DNA of 64,000 nucleotides, taken from assembly GCA_964016885.1 (NCBI GenBank), contig OZ024742.1, positions 84,444,001-84,508,000 on the forward strand, read 5' to 3'. Under the pieces are notes generated by a model, which was not told the origin of the DNA, did no database searches, and worked only from the letters and a program-made list of their open reading frames with translations. Position numbers and translations under genes: made by a program. The DNA is from Eledone cirrhosa. Taxonomy: Eukaryota. This document shows, in pieces, positions 51,112 through 64,000 of this stretch; the stretch's first letter is position 1, and each line of letters opens with the position of its first letter.

Positions 51112-51650
51112 TCAAGTTATAAATTGGGTGTTGAGTTCTAGACTATTATTGATTGGTGGTTGTGTTTTGTCTATAATTAGTGCTTCCTTAATTCTAAGAT
51201 TGCCGAGCTTTCTTTCCTTAGTTCTCTATCCTAACTGTTATGGTTTTGTCGGTGTTTTTGCATTTAACTAGGTGTTTCTTAAATGAGGAAGCGTTAGTAT
51301 TGAGGTGTTCTTTTATTCTTATGTGGAGTGGTCTGGTGGTGCTACCTACGTAGAAGTTGCTGCATTTGTCACACTCTAGTCTGTATATGACGTAAGCCTG
51401 GTGGCATAGGTCTGTGTCGTTGATGGGGCAGTTGGCTAGCCTGTAGCAGTTGTCATGTCTGGTGGAGTGTCTTTTGGTTAGCTGTCCGCGTAGAGAAGGA
51501 CCTGAGTGGGCCAGTTGGATATCTAGACCCTCTCGTCTGATAGCTCTGCGGATGGCTGTTGTTGTTTCGTCACTGAAGTGTGGGAGCTTCAGGAAGCAAG
51601 TGTTAGTGCCTCGGGTGTGGTGTCCTCTGTTCTTTCTGGCACGGTTATAA
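51112..51650 (-). mobile_element. PLE GIY-YIG endonuclease 3' fragment (non-Naiad type), absent from the ORF track
   Basis: Manual translation: FLKLPHFSDE...CPINDTDLCHQAYVIYRLECDKCSNFYVGSTTRPLHIRIKEH...LRIKEALII...PPIN. Confidence 0.85.
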
Positions 51651-51706
51651 CCTCCTCGTATATAGATATATATATATTTTTAAATATATATATATATATA
51701 TATATA

Positions 51707-52565
51707 TATTTATTAAAATAACAGATTAAAGTTTAAGCAAAGAATCGCTGCTTTCACCCTTACCGGGATCTTCTGAAACTAACAAAGTCAATCTGTAAAC
51801 GCAGAACTGGATATTTCAAAAAACGTTGCAACCGGAGGAAGACAGGAAGACGATACTTTGGTTCGTGTTTACGTTCGCTAGCAAAGAACGGGAAAAAACG
51901 AATAATACGTCATTAATAGGAGCGGTGAAAAACAATTACGCGCAAAGACAAAACCACGTTTATGGTATATGCATTTATTTGTTTCTATTATCTCTGTATT
52001 GTATTTATTTACTTTGTTCTTAACTCTGTAGCGGATATTTATTTGGTCTCCTAGTTAGAATTTTAGTCTACGATTTCTGCTATACCATTTACGTGGTTTT
52101 GTCTTTGCGTGCTATTGTTCTCCACGTTCCACATATGACTTATTATCTTCGTTTTTTCGTTCATTGCCAGAGAACGTCTCTATGCACCACCTAAGAGAAC
52201 ATTAGTCTACGACCTCTTTTATACCATAAACGTGGTTTTGTCTTTGCGCGTAATTGTTTTTCACCGCTCCTATTAATGATGTATTATTCGTTTTTTCCCG
52301 TTCTTTGCCAGCGAACGTAACCACGAACCAAAGTATCGTCTTGCTGTCTTCCTCCGGTTGCAACGTTTTTTGAAATATCCAGTTCTGCGTTTACAGATTG
52401 ACTTTGTTAGTTTCAGAAGATCCCGTTAAGGGTGAAAGCAGCGATTCTTTGCTTAAACTCTAATCTGTTGTTTTAATAAATATTTGCTCTACGGTTCTTA
52501 TATATTTGATATATATTTTCCTTATCGAGCCCTCTTTGGATTTTAGTCTTCAATTTTATTATTAT

Positions 52566-52568
<3 letters not shown>
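51707..52568. mobile_element. Foldback element: ~263-bp inverted arms, spacer with a degenerate extra unit, one-sided tail
   Basis: 51707-51969 pairs with 52220-52482; tail 52483-52568; (TA)n on both sides. Confidence 0.85.
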
Positions 52569-52619
<51 letters not shown>

Positions 52620-52755
52620 CCACACACACATATATATATATACACACATGCATAAGTAGCGAGGGAATAAACACTCCGTACAGATCGGGAACATTTATAT
52701 ATTCACCTTCACCAGTATAGTCATCATAAACGCTAACCAACTATAACTCCTACAT

Positions 52756-53594
52756 ATCTATCTATCTATCTAAGGCGGGTAAAATTCCCGAGATCCATCG
52801 ACGAGTTCTCTCCAGCGGTCTCTGTCCCTCATTATCGCTGCCATATCCTGCATCTCCAACAGACCAGTGTCTGTCCTTAGGGCATCAACCTATGTTAACC
52901 TTGGTCTTCCTCTTCTAGTGTGTCCATGTAGGGGCTCCCAAAGGAGCACTGAGTGCAATGTCAACTCTGGATGTCGGTGAGCATGTCCAGCCAACCTCAG
53001 TCTCCTCTGTGTCACTTTTGAGCTGACTTTTGGGATGCTCCCATACAGCTCTGATTTTTTCATCCTCAGTGTATACTGATTAATGTTCAGAGCCATCCTC
53101 AGCATTCTCGTGTAGCACCCATCCACCATCTGAGTGAGTTTCTTGGTCAGTGTCCAAGTCTCAGACCCATACAGCAGCACAGACTCCACTACAGCAATGA
53201 AGAGGCGGATTTTCAGGTCTCTACGAAGGTCCGACTTCCACACCGATCTCAAGCTGTGGCACGCCGCCCAGGCCTTGCTCTTCCTCTCAACCACATCATC
53301 CTCCTTATTTCCAATCTTTGCTCCCAAATACAGGAAGTCCTCAACCAATTCCAGCGGCTTCCCGCCTATATTAGTGATCCCCTCTGGCTTCTCAACATTC
53401 TCTACCAGATATTTTGTTTTAGTCTCATTCATTCTCAGCCCCACACTCATCGACACAGTCTCAACCTCCCGCATCAAATCCTCTGCCTCCTTCACTGTAT
53501 TTGTCACCAAAACTATGTCGTCGGCAAATTCAGCATCCGATACCTTTTTCGCCCCAACTTTCCTGCTCTGAGCCGGTGCTACAGTAAAGCCAGT
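52756..53594 (-). mobile_element. 5'-truncated RTE/RTEX LINE with (AGAT)n tail and 12-bp TSD
   Basis: Near-identical to 401-1225; TSD taactcctacat at 52744-52755 and 53595-53606. Confidence 0.95.
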
Positions 53595-53814
53595 TAACTC
53601 CTACATTAAACTCCTAAATATATACGCATATATAACTCCTACAACTATACGCATACACAAAAATATAGTAATTCATGTATATGCAAGCTCGTTTTGAATA
53701 CTCCCAAGTGTATATTTTCTTAGTCATAAACATAGCATCTCAATGACTGAAACTGTCGTTATGTGTGTAAATATACACATATTCACCCACTCACTCACAC
53801 ACAGACACACAGAT

Positions 53815-53849
<35 letters not shown>

Positions 53850-54039
53850 CACACACATACACACACACACACATACACCCATACACACACATACACACAC
53901 ACACATACACACACACATATATATATATATAAATATATATATACATATGTTTATATATATATATATATGTAGGTATATATATATATATATACGCACACAC
54001 AAACACACATATATATATATATATATATGTATGTATAGA

Positions 54040-54816
54040 AGTAGTTCCACAACAGTTAATTCACCATTTCCCAGAACAATTGTTTCACCTTAGTCTGATG
54101 ATCAGCTCGGTTTAAATGAGAGTGTACGGAAAATGAAAACAATTATACGAAGATGCCACTTCCAAAAAAGCAGTCAACTCACGTTAGATCGATGCCGTAG
54201 TCACTTCCAACCGACCAAATCAATAACAAGAGGTAAAATTCTATGTAGGTATGATGGAGGGCCGGTTTAAAGAACACTTCCTGAATCCTCTGTCGACATT
54301 CAGACAACTGGACAAATAACCGTCCACGAAGCTCGCAAGCCACATGTGGTCTCTCAAGTACGCAGCCGTGGATTAGTCCATTCAATGGCAAATTATTACT
54401 AAGTCTACGCCATACAGTAAATGGGAATCCGTCTTGTGGGCTGTGCATTGAAGAAAGAATCAATATCCTGACGAGTGGCGTAATAGCTCTTGTCTAAATA
54501 CAAAGATTGAATTTTTCACGCGTTGTCCACACGTTTCGAAACACCTATTACGTAATTTCAAAGCTCCAGACTGACTACACGACGTAATCACTGAATAACA
54601 TGAATAATATATTATATTGTGAGTTTTCACAGTGCTCTCCCTCCATAGAGTTAACATGAATTGACTTCCCTTTGGGAAGTGACTTCTTCTGCACTAGCCT
54701 ATTCGTATAATTGTTCTTCCTTTTCTGTATAATCTCATTAAACCGAGCTGATGATCCAACTAAGGTGAAACAATTGTTCTCGGAAATGGTTTATAATTAA
54801 CTGTTGTAGAACTACT
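54040..54816 (+). mobile_element. Short PLE copy: GIY-YIG 3' fragment between inverted pLTRs
   Basis: FYVGM.EGRFKE...KLASHMW...CGLCIEE...LNTKIEFFTRCPH; arms 54040-54151 and 54702-54816. Confidence 0.85.
54743..54783 (+). ncRNA. Minimal type I hammerhead ribozyme, intact core (inverted copy 54070-54110 with G8C)
   Basis: CCGAG-CUGAUGA-UCCaacuaaGGU-GAAA-CAAUUG-UU/CUCGG; palindromic AACAAUUGUU stem III. Confidence 0.8.
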
Positions 54817-54991
54817 AGTACTACGGACATAGCCCAACAGTGCTGTACTAATATATATTTATATGAGTGTATGTATCGTATATTTGGCAATATACCGTAT
54901 GTTTAATTAAAAACATTTAGAAGACCATACGCTATCGGTTTAAAGTAGTGACTATGTCACTTACTTCTTTTTGGCGCAAGAAGGGAGAGAA

Positions 54992-55027
54992 GCTAACTGT
55001 TTCACACTGTTTGGCGATCATCAGAGC
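54992..55027 (-). ncRNA. Candidate minimal hammerhead
   Basis: GCU-CUGAUGA-UCGCcaaacaGUGU-GAAA-CAG-UU/AGC; stem I only 3 bp. Confidence 0.5.
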
Positions 55028-55209
55028 GACGCACGCCCTGCTTCCGACGGAAATTATAAAAGCCTGATTCGTATAGAATTCCAGTAATAATCAGGAGCTG
55101 ATTACACAGAGCAATTGCCGGTCCAGCAAAAATTAGGTAATAGGATTGGTGCTCTGAAACTTATATTTATGTATACACACATACACACACACACACATAC
55201 ACACATAAA

Positions 55210-55357
<148 letters not shown>

Positions 55358-55833
55358 AGTTTGGTGGTTCACCACTGGATAGGACTGGTAATTCCGTATA
55401 GCCAACCATGATGTAATATTAGAAAAAGCACTCGACGTTATGTAACTCATCCATCTTTGAAGTTGTATCTTGTTGGTGGTGCGAGAACGAAGTTAATTAT
55501 TATTGAGTAAAATGACAGGAGGCCGGACTGGTGAATTTTCTTGAAAGACTTATAATAGCAACATTATGTTGCTATAATAAGTCAGTAATATCTTGACATG
55601 TTTCGTAAGATCTTGACATCGTCAGACTTTTATTGCACAATAGTTATAAAATAAAGGAATAATGGTAAATACAATCCAAGAGGTTATAAAATACAAAGAA
55701 GAATATTTTTTATTCAAAGGTGATCAAGAGGGCCAGTTGTCAATTTTGTCTTACCGCTTTGGTCAGTGGGTTGTATGCTTAGTATGCCATTCACTGATGT
55801 TTGGACACATGCTAGTGGTTCAGGAGATACGGT

Positions 55834-55860
<27 letters not shown>

Positions 55861-55867
<7 letters not shown>

Positions 55868-56708
55868 TAAACGGAATAGAAAATGCTGACAAATTGTTCA
55901 CAGTTGAAAAATGGTTTAATTAGGAATAAAAGAGTATTAGTGATTGTATGGGTTAGTATTCAGTTGTGGTTTTAAGTTTTTATGTTTTTACCGGTTGCGC
56001 ATTTCTAAATGCTTTTCAAAAATAATTTTGAGATAGAGTGTCCGTGCTGTTTGCTCTGATCTGATTAGTTTTGGGAATTCTACCTGTTTTTATGTTAAAA
56101 AAATGGCTCCAGCGTTATTTTTGTGTTGCAAAAATGCTTGTGGTCAAAACAATTTTGACCACACACACACACACACACTCACACATATTTGTTGTGAAAG
56201 AGTCATTTCTCAATCTTGGCGCAAAACCAATTTTTTATCCACATGACCTCTACCGACCAATCAAAATTGTTTTGACCAATAATTTTTGCTGGAGCCACTT
56301 TTCTAACATTTTAACATAAAAACAGTCTTGGCGCAAAATCAACTTTTTACATTCACATGACCTCTACCGACCAATCAAAATTGTTTTGACCACAAGCATT
56401 TTTGCAACACAAAAATAACGCTGGAGCCATTTTTTTAACATAAAAACAGGTAGAATTCCCAAAACTAATCAGATCAGAGCAAACAGCACGGACACTCTAT
56501 CTCAAAATTATTTTTGAAAAGCATTTAGAAATGCGCAACCGGTAAAAACTTAAAAACTTAAAACCACAACTGAATACTAACCCATACAATCACTAATACT
56601 CTTTTATTCCTAATTAAACCATTTTTCAACTGTGAACAATTTGTCAGCATTTTCTATTCCGTTTACCAATATATAATAACTTGTGTGTTACACCTCTATT
56701 CTTTTAAC
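55861..56708. mobile_element. Foldback element: ~295-bp inverted arms, internal tandem duplication, one-sided tail
   Basis: 55861-56160 pairs with 56375-56672; tail 56673-56708; (TA)n on both sides. Confidence 0.85.
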
Positions 56709-58092
56709 TATATATATATATATATATATATACACAAACATGTCACACATGAGTCAGGCAGAAAATATCTGTTCTATTTAAGGTTTGTTACATCTCGAAG
56801 CGAATTTCGACCTCTTCAGATGCCTTGCCAGGCTTGAGATCTTTAATTGCTCAGACTACGAAATACCATTGCTCCCCCAGAAGATACTGCTATAAGTAAG
56901 TTTAATATGTCAGCGAAATATTCCCGCAATCTTATCAGGATGTCCCTAACTGAAGAGCGGATAACCACTCACTCGCACTGGACAGACAGGGGGTGGGTGG
57001 CTGCGTGACTTCTTATGAAATCGGCGGTAGGCCTGCCAGAATAACTTATTCCTTCTCTAAGGTCGGATTCCAGATTAAACCCCACCCTTCTGCACTGTTT
57101 TAGCTGCGAATTTCCGTTCCTGCTTTTACAGCAAGAAGGACTTATTACTAAGCTATGCTTTGTAAGCCTTCTTCTTCGCTCGGGTGGCATCTTCTAAGTG
57201 TTGATTGAACCATGGTGTACTCCTGCCACTCGGCAAATTCCAGGAAAGGTTGTAGACATATCATCAGCTCATGTTACTTTGGATAGATACAATCTTGAAA
57301 CAGGCCGCTCTACTTGTTATCCAGCACAAAGGACTGTATGGTCTGAATGCCTCTATTTCTTCTTATACTGCAGTGGTAATATTTGCACCCCCCGCCAATT
57401 TGGTACTTTTCTCAGATTTGGGAAACCAACAGTTTTCTAAAGGTGGCCTTTACTCGGCTCAGCGTAGATATATCATTTGGTTGTGACAGTTTTCTCGGGA
57501 GTTAATTGTGCCATCTATTGCACCGTCTTCCATAATAGTTTATTACTGTTGGCCGGCGTTGCTTACTCTTCCAGCAGGACTCCAGTTATATCCCAACTAC
57601 AAATCATATCTGGTGGTCATATGACAATCCTCATCCACTTCTCAAACAAACTTGAGAGTAACAAGGCTCACTACTAGGGTACTATATGTCTTTTTAAACT
57701 CTATTTTGGAATTGAGTACTTCTTATCATGTCCGTCAATAATAAATAACACACATACACAAAAAACTGCACACACAAAGACATATATGCAATACAAAGTG
57801 CACGAAAGAGCCAAACCGTACGATAAATTGATAGTTATATTCTGAAATGGGTTTAGTAATTTTCTTCTAATTAGCACCCATGTTAGTAGTTAATCAAGAC
57901 ATATATTAAGAAGTGCGCTAATATGGGTACGCTGGTAACTCATCTGGAACGCCTTCTCTGGAATGCTACGTTGCTTTCTTCATATTTTCCTCTCGTGATT
58001 CAAATCACTTCCATTTCAGCGTGGGTTGCATAGTCCAGCATGTCCTGAGCCAGAGTTGCTTCTGCTCTTCCGCCAGTACCTTGAAGATGAAT

Positions 58093-58275
58093 TAATAATT
58101 GTTTCTACTTTAGGCACAAGGCCAGCAATTACCCAGTGCATTACTGGTACTTTATTTATTTATCCGTAAGGATGAAAGGCAAAGTCAACCTCGGCGGGAT
58201 TTGAACTCAGATCGTAAAGGGACGTAACTATGCTGGAAAGAATGGCGTCCGACCCTCTACCGATACTGGCAATCC
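58093..58275 (-). mobile_element. Full-length SINE
   Basis: Reverse complement of the 29935-30124 family. Confidence 0.88.
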
Positions 58276-59724
58276 TAATGAAATGCATAAGTATATTACT
58301 AAAGTTATTATGTTGCTATAGTTTAGCACAAAGCTCATGCTGAATAAGCATTGAGATTATTATATGTATTCCAGATATGACTTACCATTAGTTTATTCAG
58401 ATTGTGTTTTAAATTACATATTATTTTTTTCCTTTGTTTGAAAGGGCAACATCAAATTTGAGGATGACTTGGTTGCTATTGCTAACAGAAGAAGAAACAA
58501 CTTAGTTTGAGTCGTTAGACATACAATGTTACATTAGGCTCCTGGTTCAGTAAATCTTTCTTATTCTCAATGACTGTATAGATCCATTAACATAGTTATG
58601 AGGGTAGAGGAATTAAAAGGGCTAGAGGAATAATGATATATATCCATGAGTTAGAAAATACGGAAAATATGACCATTGCGGTATGTCTAAATCTTGTAGT
58701 AAATGTGAAAAGGATTGATAAATATTTAATCACGAGATTTTATAAATTACACCATTTCCATCTCCCTAGTACTATGTCAGTGGAATATAAGATAATCTTT
58801 AAAGAATCTAAGTAACACTATACAGTCTCTGAATGAAGGAAATTATTTTTTCTAATAGGCCTATGGGGGACATCAAAGTGATCATTATTTACTAAGGTGA
58901 CATCTACATACATGTGTTGTGTTGTTACTCCTCCTCAAGTAAGCCCAGTTCACTAAAAGCTATGAAGAACGTAGGATATTAAAATTATATATTTTGTGTG
59001 AAAGTAATTTGTCGATTAGACAAATTAAAATAAGGTCTTTTGATAATTTCACATGGGTGACTCCAGCGCGAGATCTATGACAGGAGTATACCTTCTCTGC
59101 ATATCTCAATTCAATGTTTTGTCGGTTGAAGTTTTGGGAGTTTTCTTCCATTCCATATTTGAGATAATACTTCATTGATGCTTAAGATTTCCTTCCATAA
59201 TGGGTAGGATGCAAATTGAGTAAACCTGTTCTTTGATTCACCTCATTAAGTATGCCATGCTGCACTTAACTATATATTCATCGAACTAATCTAATCAGAG
59301 CAATAAAATATGTACGACACAACGTAATGGTGTGATCTTATAGTTAAATTATTGAATATCAAAAGTTAGATACAAGCAGGAAATAAGTGTTATAATTGGA
59401 ATATAACCCCATGAGCTGCAGAAGGTAGTAAAATATAACATGTTGAACCACTAAAATATTTGGCTATTTATTACCCCACAAACTTTAAGAACACAGACGG
59501 AAGAGGCAGGATAGCTATCTTGACTTTTTGCGACCTATGAGATTAGTTTAAAAAACCGTGAAAAGAAGAATGACTCACATTTTATTCTCAGAAGTTGAAT
59601 ACTTCAATACATCTACTTCCAGACAAACATATTCATGAATACGACTAACAGTATAGCAGCTATTTGATGTGTATACTTTACAAAAAGATGAGTCATATAT
59701 TGATTTTATTATTAACATTATTAT

Positions 59725-60500
59725 TTTTGTCATTTTTATTTTCTTACATTATTGTTTCTGAATTATATGCCGAGTGTCTTCCTGACACCTAGGGCAAATA
59801 AATTCATTGTGTGCATTGGTAAGCCAGTTAATACAGCACATTGACTATAATAAAATAAAAAAAAAAAAAACAGTATACATATATACACATGTGCATATGC
59901 ATATGTAAATACAAGGTGGGATATCAATCTTACAGAGATAGTGCTCTTCTCAATACGTGTGCAGTACCAGTCAAAACAATTTTTTGCACCTCGTGCAGAG
60001 AGGGTAAACCAGAAATCATTCGCAAAAATTATTCTGTTCCTTTCTTGATCATTTCAGTCCTTCCACAATCACTGGTATTGTAACGGCCTTGAGGTGCCAC
60101 ATTTTCTCAATTTCAATAAGCAGATCTTTATATTTTCGTAGCTTGTTAAATTCTTTTGCCGCGATATTGTGATCATATGGGATGCTCATATCTATCAATA
60201 AACAGACCTTGTTATGTTGATATTTTACAATGATGTCAGGTCTATTTGCTTTTATGGTCCTGTAAGTATGTACAGGAAAGTCCCAGAGACTTGTTACTTT
60301 TTCTCCTTCAGTTACAGGCTCAGGGTGATGTTTGTACCATTTGTCTTCAGCTTTCATTTTATAATGCCGACATATTACCCAGTGTAGATATTGGCCAACT
60401 CTGTCATGTCTGTATTTGTATTCTACTGGTGCTAAAACTTTATATCCAGAGACAAAGTGGTCCACCGTTTCAACCTCAGCATCGCAGAATCGGCACTTTA
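59725..60500 (-). mobile_element. Dong/R4-type RLE LINE family C, 3' fragment
   Basis: CRFC, RHD, LWDFP, NRPDII, DMSIP, KYKDL, GTAHVLRRALSL*; 5' junction in (TAA)n. Confidence 0.88.
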
Positions 60501-60504
60501 TTAA

Positions 60505-60548
<44 letters not shown>

Positions 60549-60552
60549 GCAA

Positions 60553-60745
60553 GGGCGGTGGATTGGCAGTATCGGTAGAGGGTCGGACGCCATGCTTTGA
60601 CGCATAGAGTTACGGCCCTTGCTATTCTGAGTTCAAATCTCGCCGAGGTTAACTTTGCCTTTCATCCTTACGGGGTCGATAAAATAAAGTACCAGTAATG
60701 TACTGGGTAATTTCTGGCCTTGTGCTAATAGTAGAAACAGTTATT
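60553..60745 (+). mobile_element. Full-length SINE
   Basis: A-box-like and B box motifs; starts just after (TTA)n. Confidence 0.88.
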
Positions 60746-63700
60746 TAACTGGAAAGTTTGTTGAAATGAATATGAAGCCGCTACCTGCAGCCTCAGATAT
60801 TCAGGACGTATCGGAGGGTTCTTGTTGTTCCCAGCAAGCATGCCTTTTGAAGTGTTCCAAAAAGCGGGGCTGGATTAATTTTCTTTAACCATCATTGGAA
60901 ACTCTTTGAGATAGTACCTAGTGCGCCTATTACAATCGGGATGACTCTGAATTCATGGCAGATCCAAATCCTTTTTACCTCCCAATTTAAGTCCTGGTAT
61001 CGGTTAATTTTCTACATCTACTTTTCTTGCACTCTCGTGTCAAATGGGCAGGCTACATCTACAATCAGGCACGGTCTGTTTTCCTTGTCCAAAACCACCA
61101 GGTCAGGCCTATTGTGTTCCAGTTTCCTGTCCGTCTGTATCCTAAAATCCCATAGCACCTTCACCTAATCGTTTTCTATCACCGACTCTGGCTTATGCTC
61201 ATACCACTTCTCAGAATGTGGTAAATTGTTTACTTTGCATAGGTGCCAGTGGATCATTCTGCCTATCACATCATGTCTCCAGCCTTTATAGTGAGTCTGG
61301 GCTAGGTGTTTACACTCGGATACAATGTGAGCCCCAGTGTCCTCTCTCTCTCCACAGATCCTACATAGTGGGCTAGCCTCCTCCTTGTAAATATGGTGAT
61401 TCACCCACTTCGTTCTGAGGGCCTGCTGCTTGGCAGCCATTAGCATTCCTTATGTAACCTTTTTAAGGTCTCCTCTTTTTAACCAGTTCCCTGTCTGTGG
61501 ATCACTAAATTCAGTTTTCTTAAAGAAGGTACTATGAAGGGGTTGTTCATGAAGGTTGGTCTTCCTCCTTGTTATTTCCTCCTTGGACATCCCCTGGTCT
61601 ATTGTCCTCTCCTTCAGTACAATTCTGACATTGGCTCCCTAATCTCAGTCACGTATTTGTATAGGTTGTTTTTTTTCCATCTGAACACAGTCCTCTATGC
61701 TGATAAGACCTCTCCCACCTTCAGATCTCTTTAAGTAGAGTCTATCGACATCACTCCTCTTGTGGAACAGGTTGTAGATAGTCAATAGCTTCCTAGTCAT
61801 CCTATCCATTTCATTTTGTTCAGCAACATTCCATCTCTGAATTCCCGCACTGTACCTAATAATAGACAAAGCTCGGGAATTCACTGCACTTATGACATTC
61901 CTACTATTTAGATGTGATTTTAATACGCTCCTTACTTTCCTAATGTACTCAGATCTTATCAATTCCTTCATTTTTTGTTCTTGATGACATCTGCCTCCAG
62001 AACACCTAAATATTTGTATCCTTCTTCAGTGTCAATTTCCTTTATCATCTCACCTGTTGGTACCTGGATTCCGTTGCTTCTGCTCAATTTCCCCCTCTTC
62101 ATCACTAGGACACCACCCTTATTAATACCAAATTTCATACATATATCATTTCTGAAAATACGGACAGTGTAGACACGTACATCCAACTCCTCACTCTTAC
62201 CAAATAGTTTAAGATCGTCCATGAAGAGGAGGTGATTGATGGAAAGCTCTTCTTTTCCCAACTTGTATCCTGCTGTCACCTTTCGCAGTATAATGGTCAG
62301 GGGTATCAGGGCAAGGACAAACAACAGAGGGGACAAACTATCTCCCTGGAAGAAACTTCTCTTGATCTACACGCCTCCCAAGGATTCTTCACCGGATGTT
62401 AACTCTTTTTCCCAGGACTTCATACTTCTGGTCAACAACAGTCTGATGTTATCTGCCAGCTTGAAAATCTCTAGGCTTTTGGTTATCCAAGAATGAGGTA
62501 CCATGTCGAATGCCTTTTTGTAGTCCATCCATCCCATGGCAAGACCAGTCTGTCTGCTCTTGAAATTCCTCATCACCATCTTATCAATAAGTAACTGGTC
62601 TTTTGTACCACGGGACTTCTTTCAGCATCTTTTCTGCTAGTACGGCAACAAGTTGTTTATGTGGAGGTGATGGTAGATTTCCTCAGACACAATGCTTGTT
62701 AACAGCTTCCACAATACGGACAGATAGGTTGTAGGTCTATAGTTGGTAACATCATTACCCTTGATTCGGTCTTTCATTACCAGAACTGTCGTACCTTTTG
62801 TCAACCACTCTAGTGCCTCACCCGACATCAAGCAGCCATTGAACATGGTTGTCAGTTTCGGGTGGAGGGATGTTATATATGTAACCAATACCCCTGCACA
62901 CCATCTGGGCCTGGTGATTTCCAGTTGGTTAGTTTTTTGGCCTGCCCTTAAGAGTTTAAACTGTGATACTCAAATCAGTTTGTTGGTGTGCCTGTTCACT
63001 AATCTCCTGTTGTACTGTTTCATTCCACACTGCCTGATCATTATGTTCAACATCCTGCTCCCATATTCCACTCCAGAATGTTTTAGTCTGTTCCGCCTCA
63101 GGGATCAAGTCGTTGCCTCTTTATCTCCCTTCAAGCTGTCCAAACAACATCTGGTTGTTGTCAAACATGCGGTTCTGTCTATACTGACTGACTCTGCTCT
63201 CATACCGCCTAATCTCTGCACTCTTTGCTACAATTCAGTTCCTCTATGATGATATTTAGCTTTTTCCTCCTAGTTTTGTACTTTATTTCCAGTCTATTTT
63301 TAGTATCTATGTTTTGTAGTGTCCCATTCAGTAGGGACACAAGCTTTCCAATGTCATTTCTCATTTCCTTGATTGGACCATTCAGTCGTTTCTTCCACCA
63401 AGGTTCTGATCTTTCTTGTTTGTTGTTTCCTCTCGTTTTTATGCCAAGTAATTTCCTCACCGCATTTGCTGTTGCATTGAGGATACTGTTGCATTGGTGA
63501 AGGTTCTTCGCCTCAAGGTATGGGATGACTTTGTTTACCTTTGCTGTTGTTTCTTTTAACTTTTTCCTGTCTACAAATCTGAGGTTCATAGGTTTCCCAC
63601 TATCATTGTTCATTTCACCTACGACTAAGTTTAGGATATCAACCAAATCTTGTCCTAGCCCGTCAGCATTATATTTCCTCAATGGCGGTATCTTTTTTCC

Positions 63701-64000
63701 AGATGTTATTTATTTCAGCATTCTGATCATTGTCTGCTTCCGATGCTTCCTTCGGTCTCTCAACCTCTTCACCTTCATTTCCCTCTGGCTCGTTTGCCTG
63801 GCATACTCCACTCTCCATTTCTAAGCTAATCCCTCTGCTCAGTTCCTCCAGTTCCAACTCGCTTATCCATCCATTAGTTCTTATTACCCGAGCCTGCCCT
63901 GCCAATTTTTGTTCTTCTAATTTAAATAGACCAATCTCGTTCCAAATGTTATGCATCCGTTTCCTATACCCTTTTTTATTGGGGTTACCCTTCAGGTAAC
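60746..64000 (-). mobile_element. Dong/R4-type RLE LINE family A, more degraded copy, runs off the window
   Basis: Colinear with 21183-24450 across RT, CCHC and RLE. Confidence 0.93.

Noticed and set aside
56791-56824. CUGAAGA-gguc-GAAA on the minus strand; isolated CTGANGA at 5672, 9837 and ~57262
   Set aside because: No stem III with an NUH site adjoining a complementary stem I

Overview
AT-rich eukaryotic (animal) intergenic or intronic DNA made almost entirely of retroelement debris and microsatellites; the SINE family and (TA)n/(TAA)n load suggest an octopod cephalopod (inference). No confident host gene, rRNA, tRNA or CRISPR array. Contents: two near-identical 5'-truncated RTE/RTEX LINEs (one with a 12-bp TSD), an old RTE with a PHD finger in its RT region, Tx1/L1-clade elements and Dong/R4-type (RLE) elements stacked at (TAA)n, several tRNA-derived SINE copies (one with its 45-bp head amplified 21 times), and six or more Penelope-like element (PLE) remnants. 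The main unannotated signal is a dense set of about a dozen type I hammerhead-ribozyme (HHR) motifs, folded by eye. They lie in PLE pseudo-LTRs and in non-coding inverted-repeat elements embedded in (TA)n. Several have intact cores (3337-3397, 36362-36500, 49742-49784, 54743-54783), and recurring variants occur (U.U at the base of stem II, G12A, an 8-nt CUGAAUGA core, a ~100-nt stem II). All folding and alignment was manual, so boundaries are approximate.
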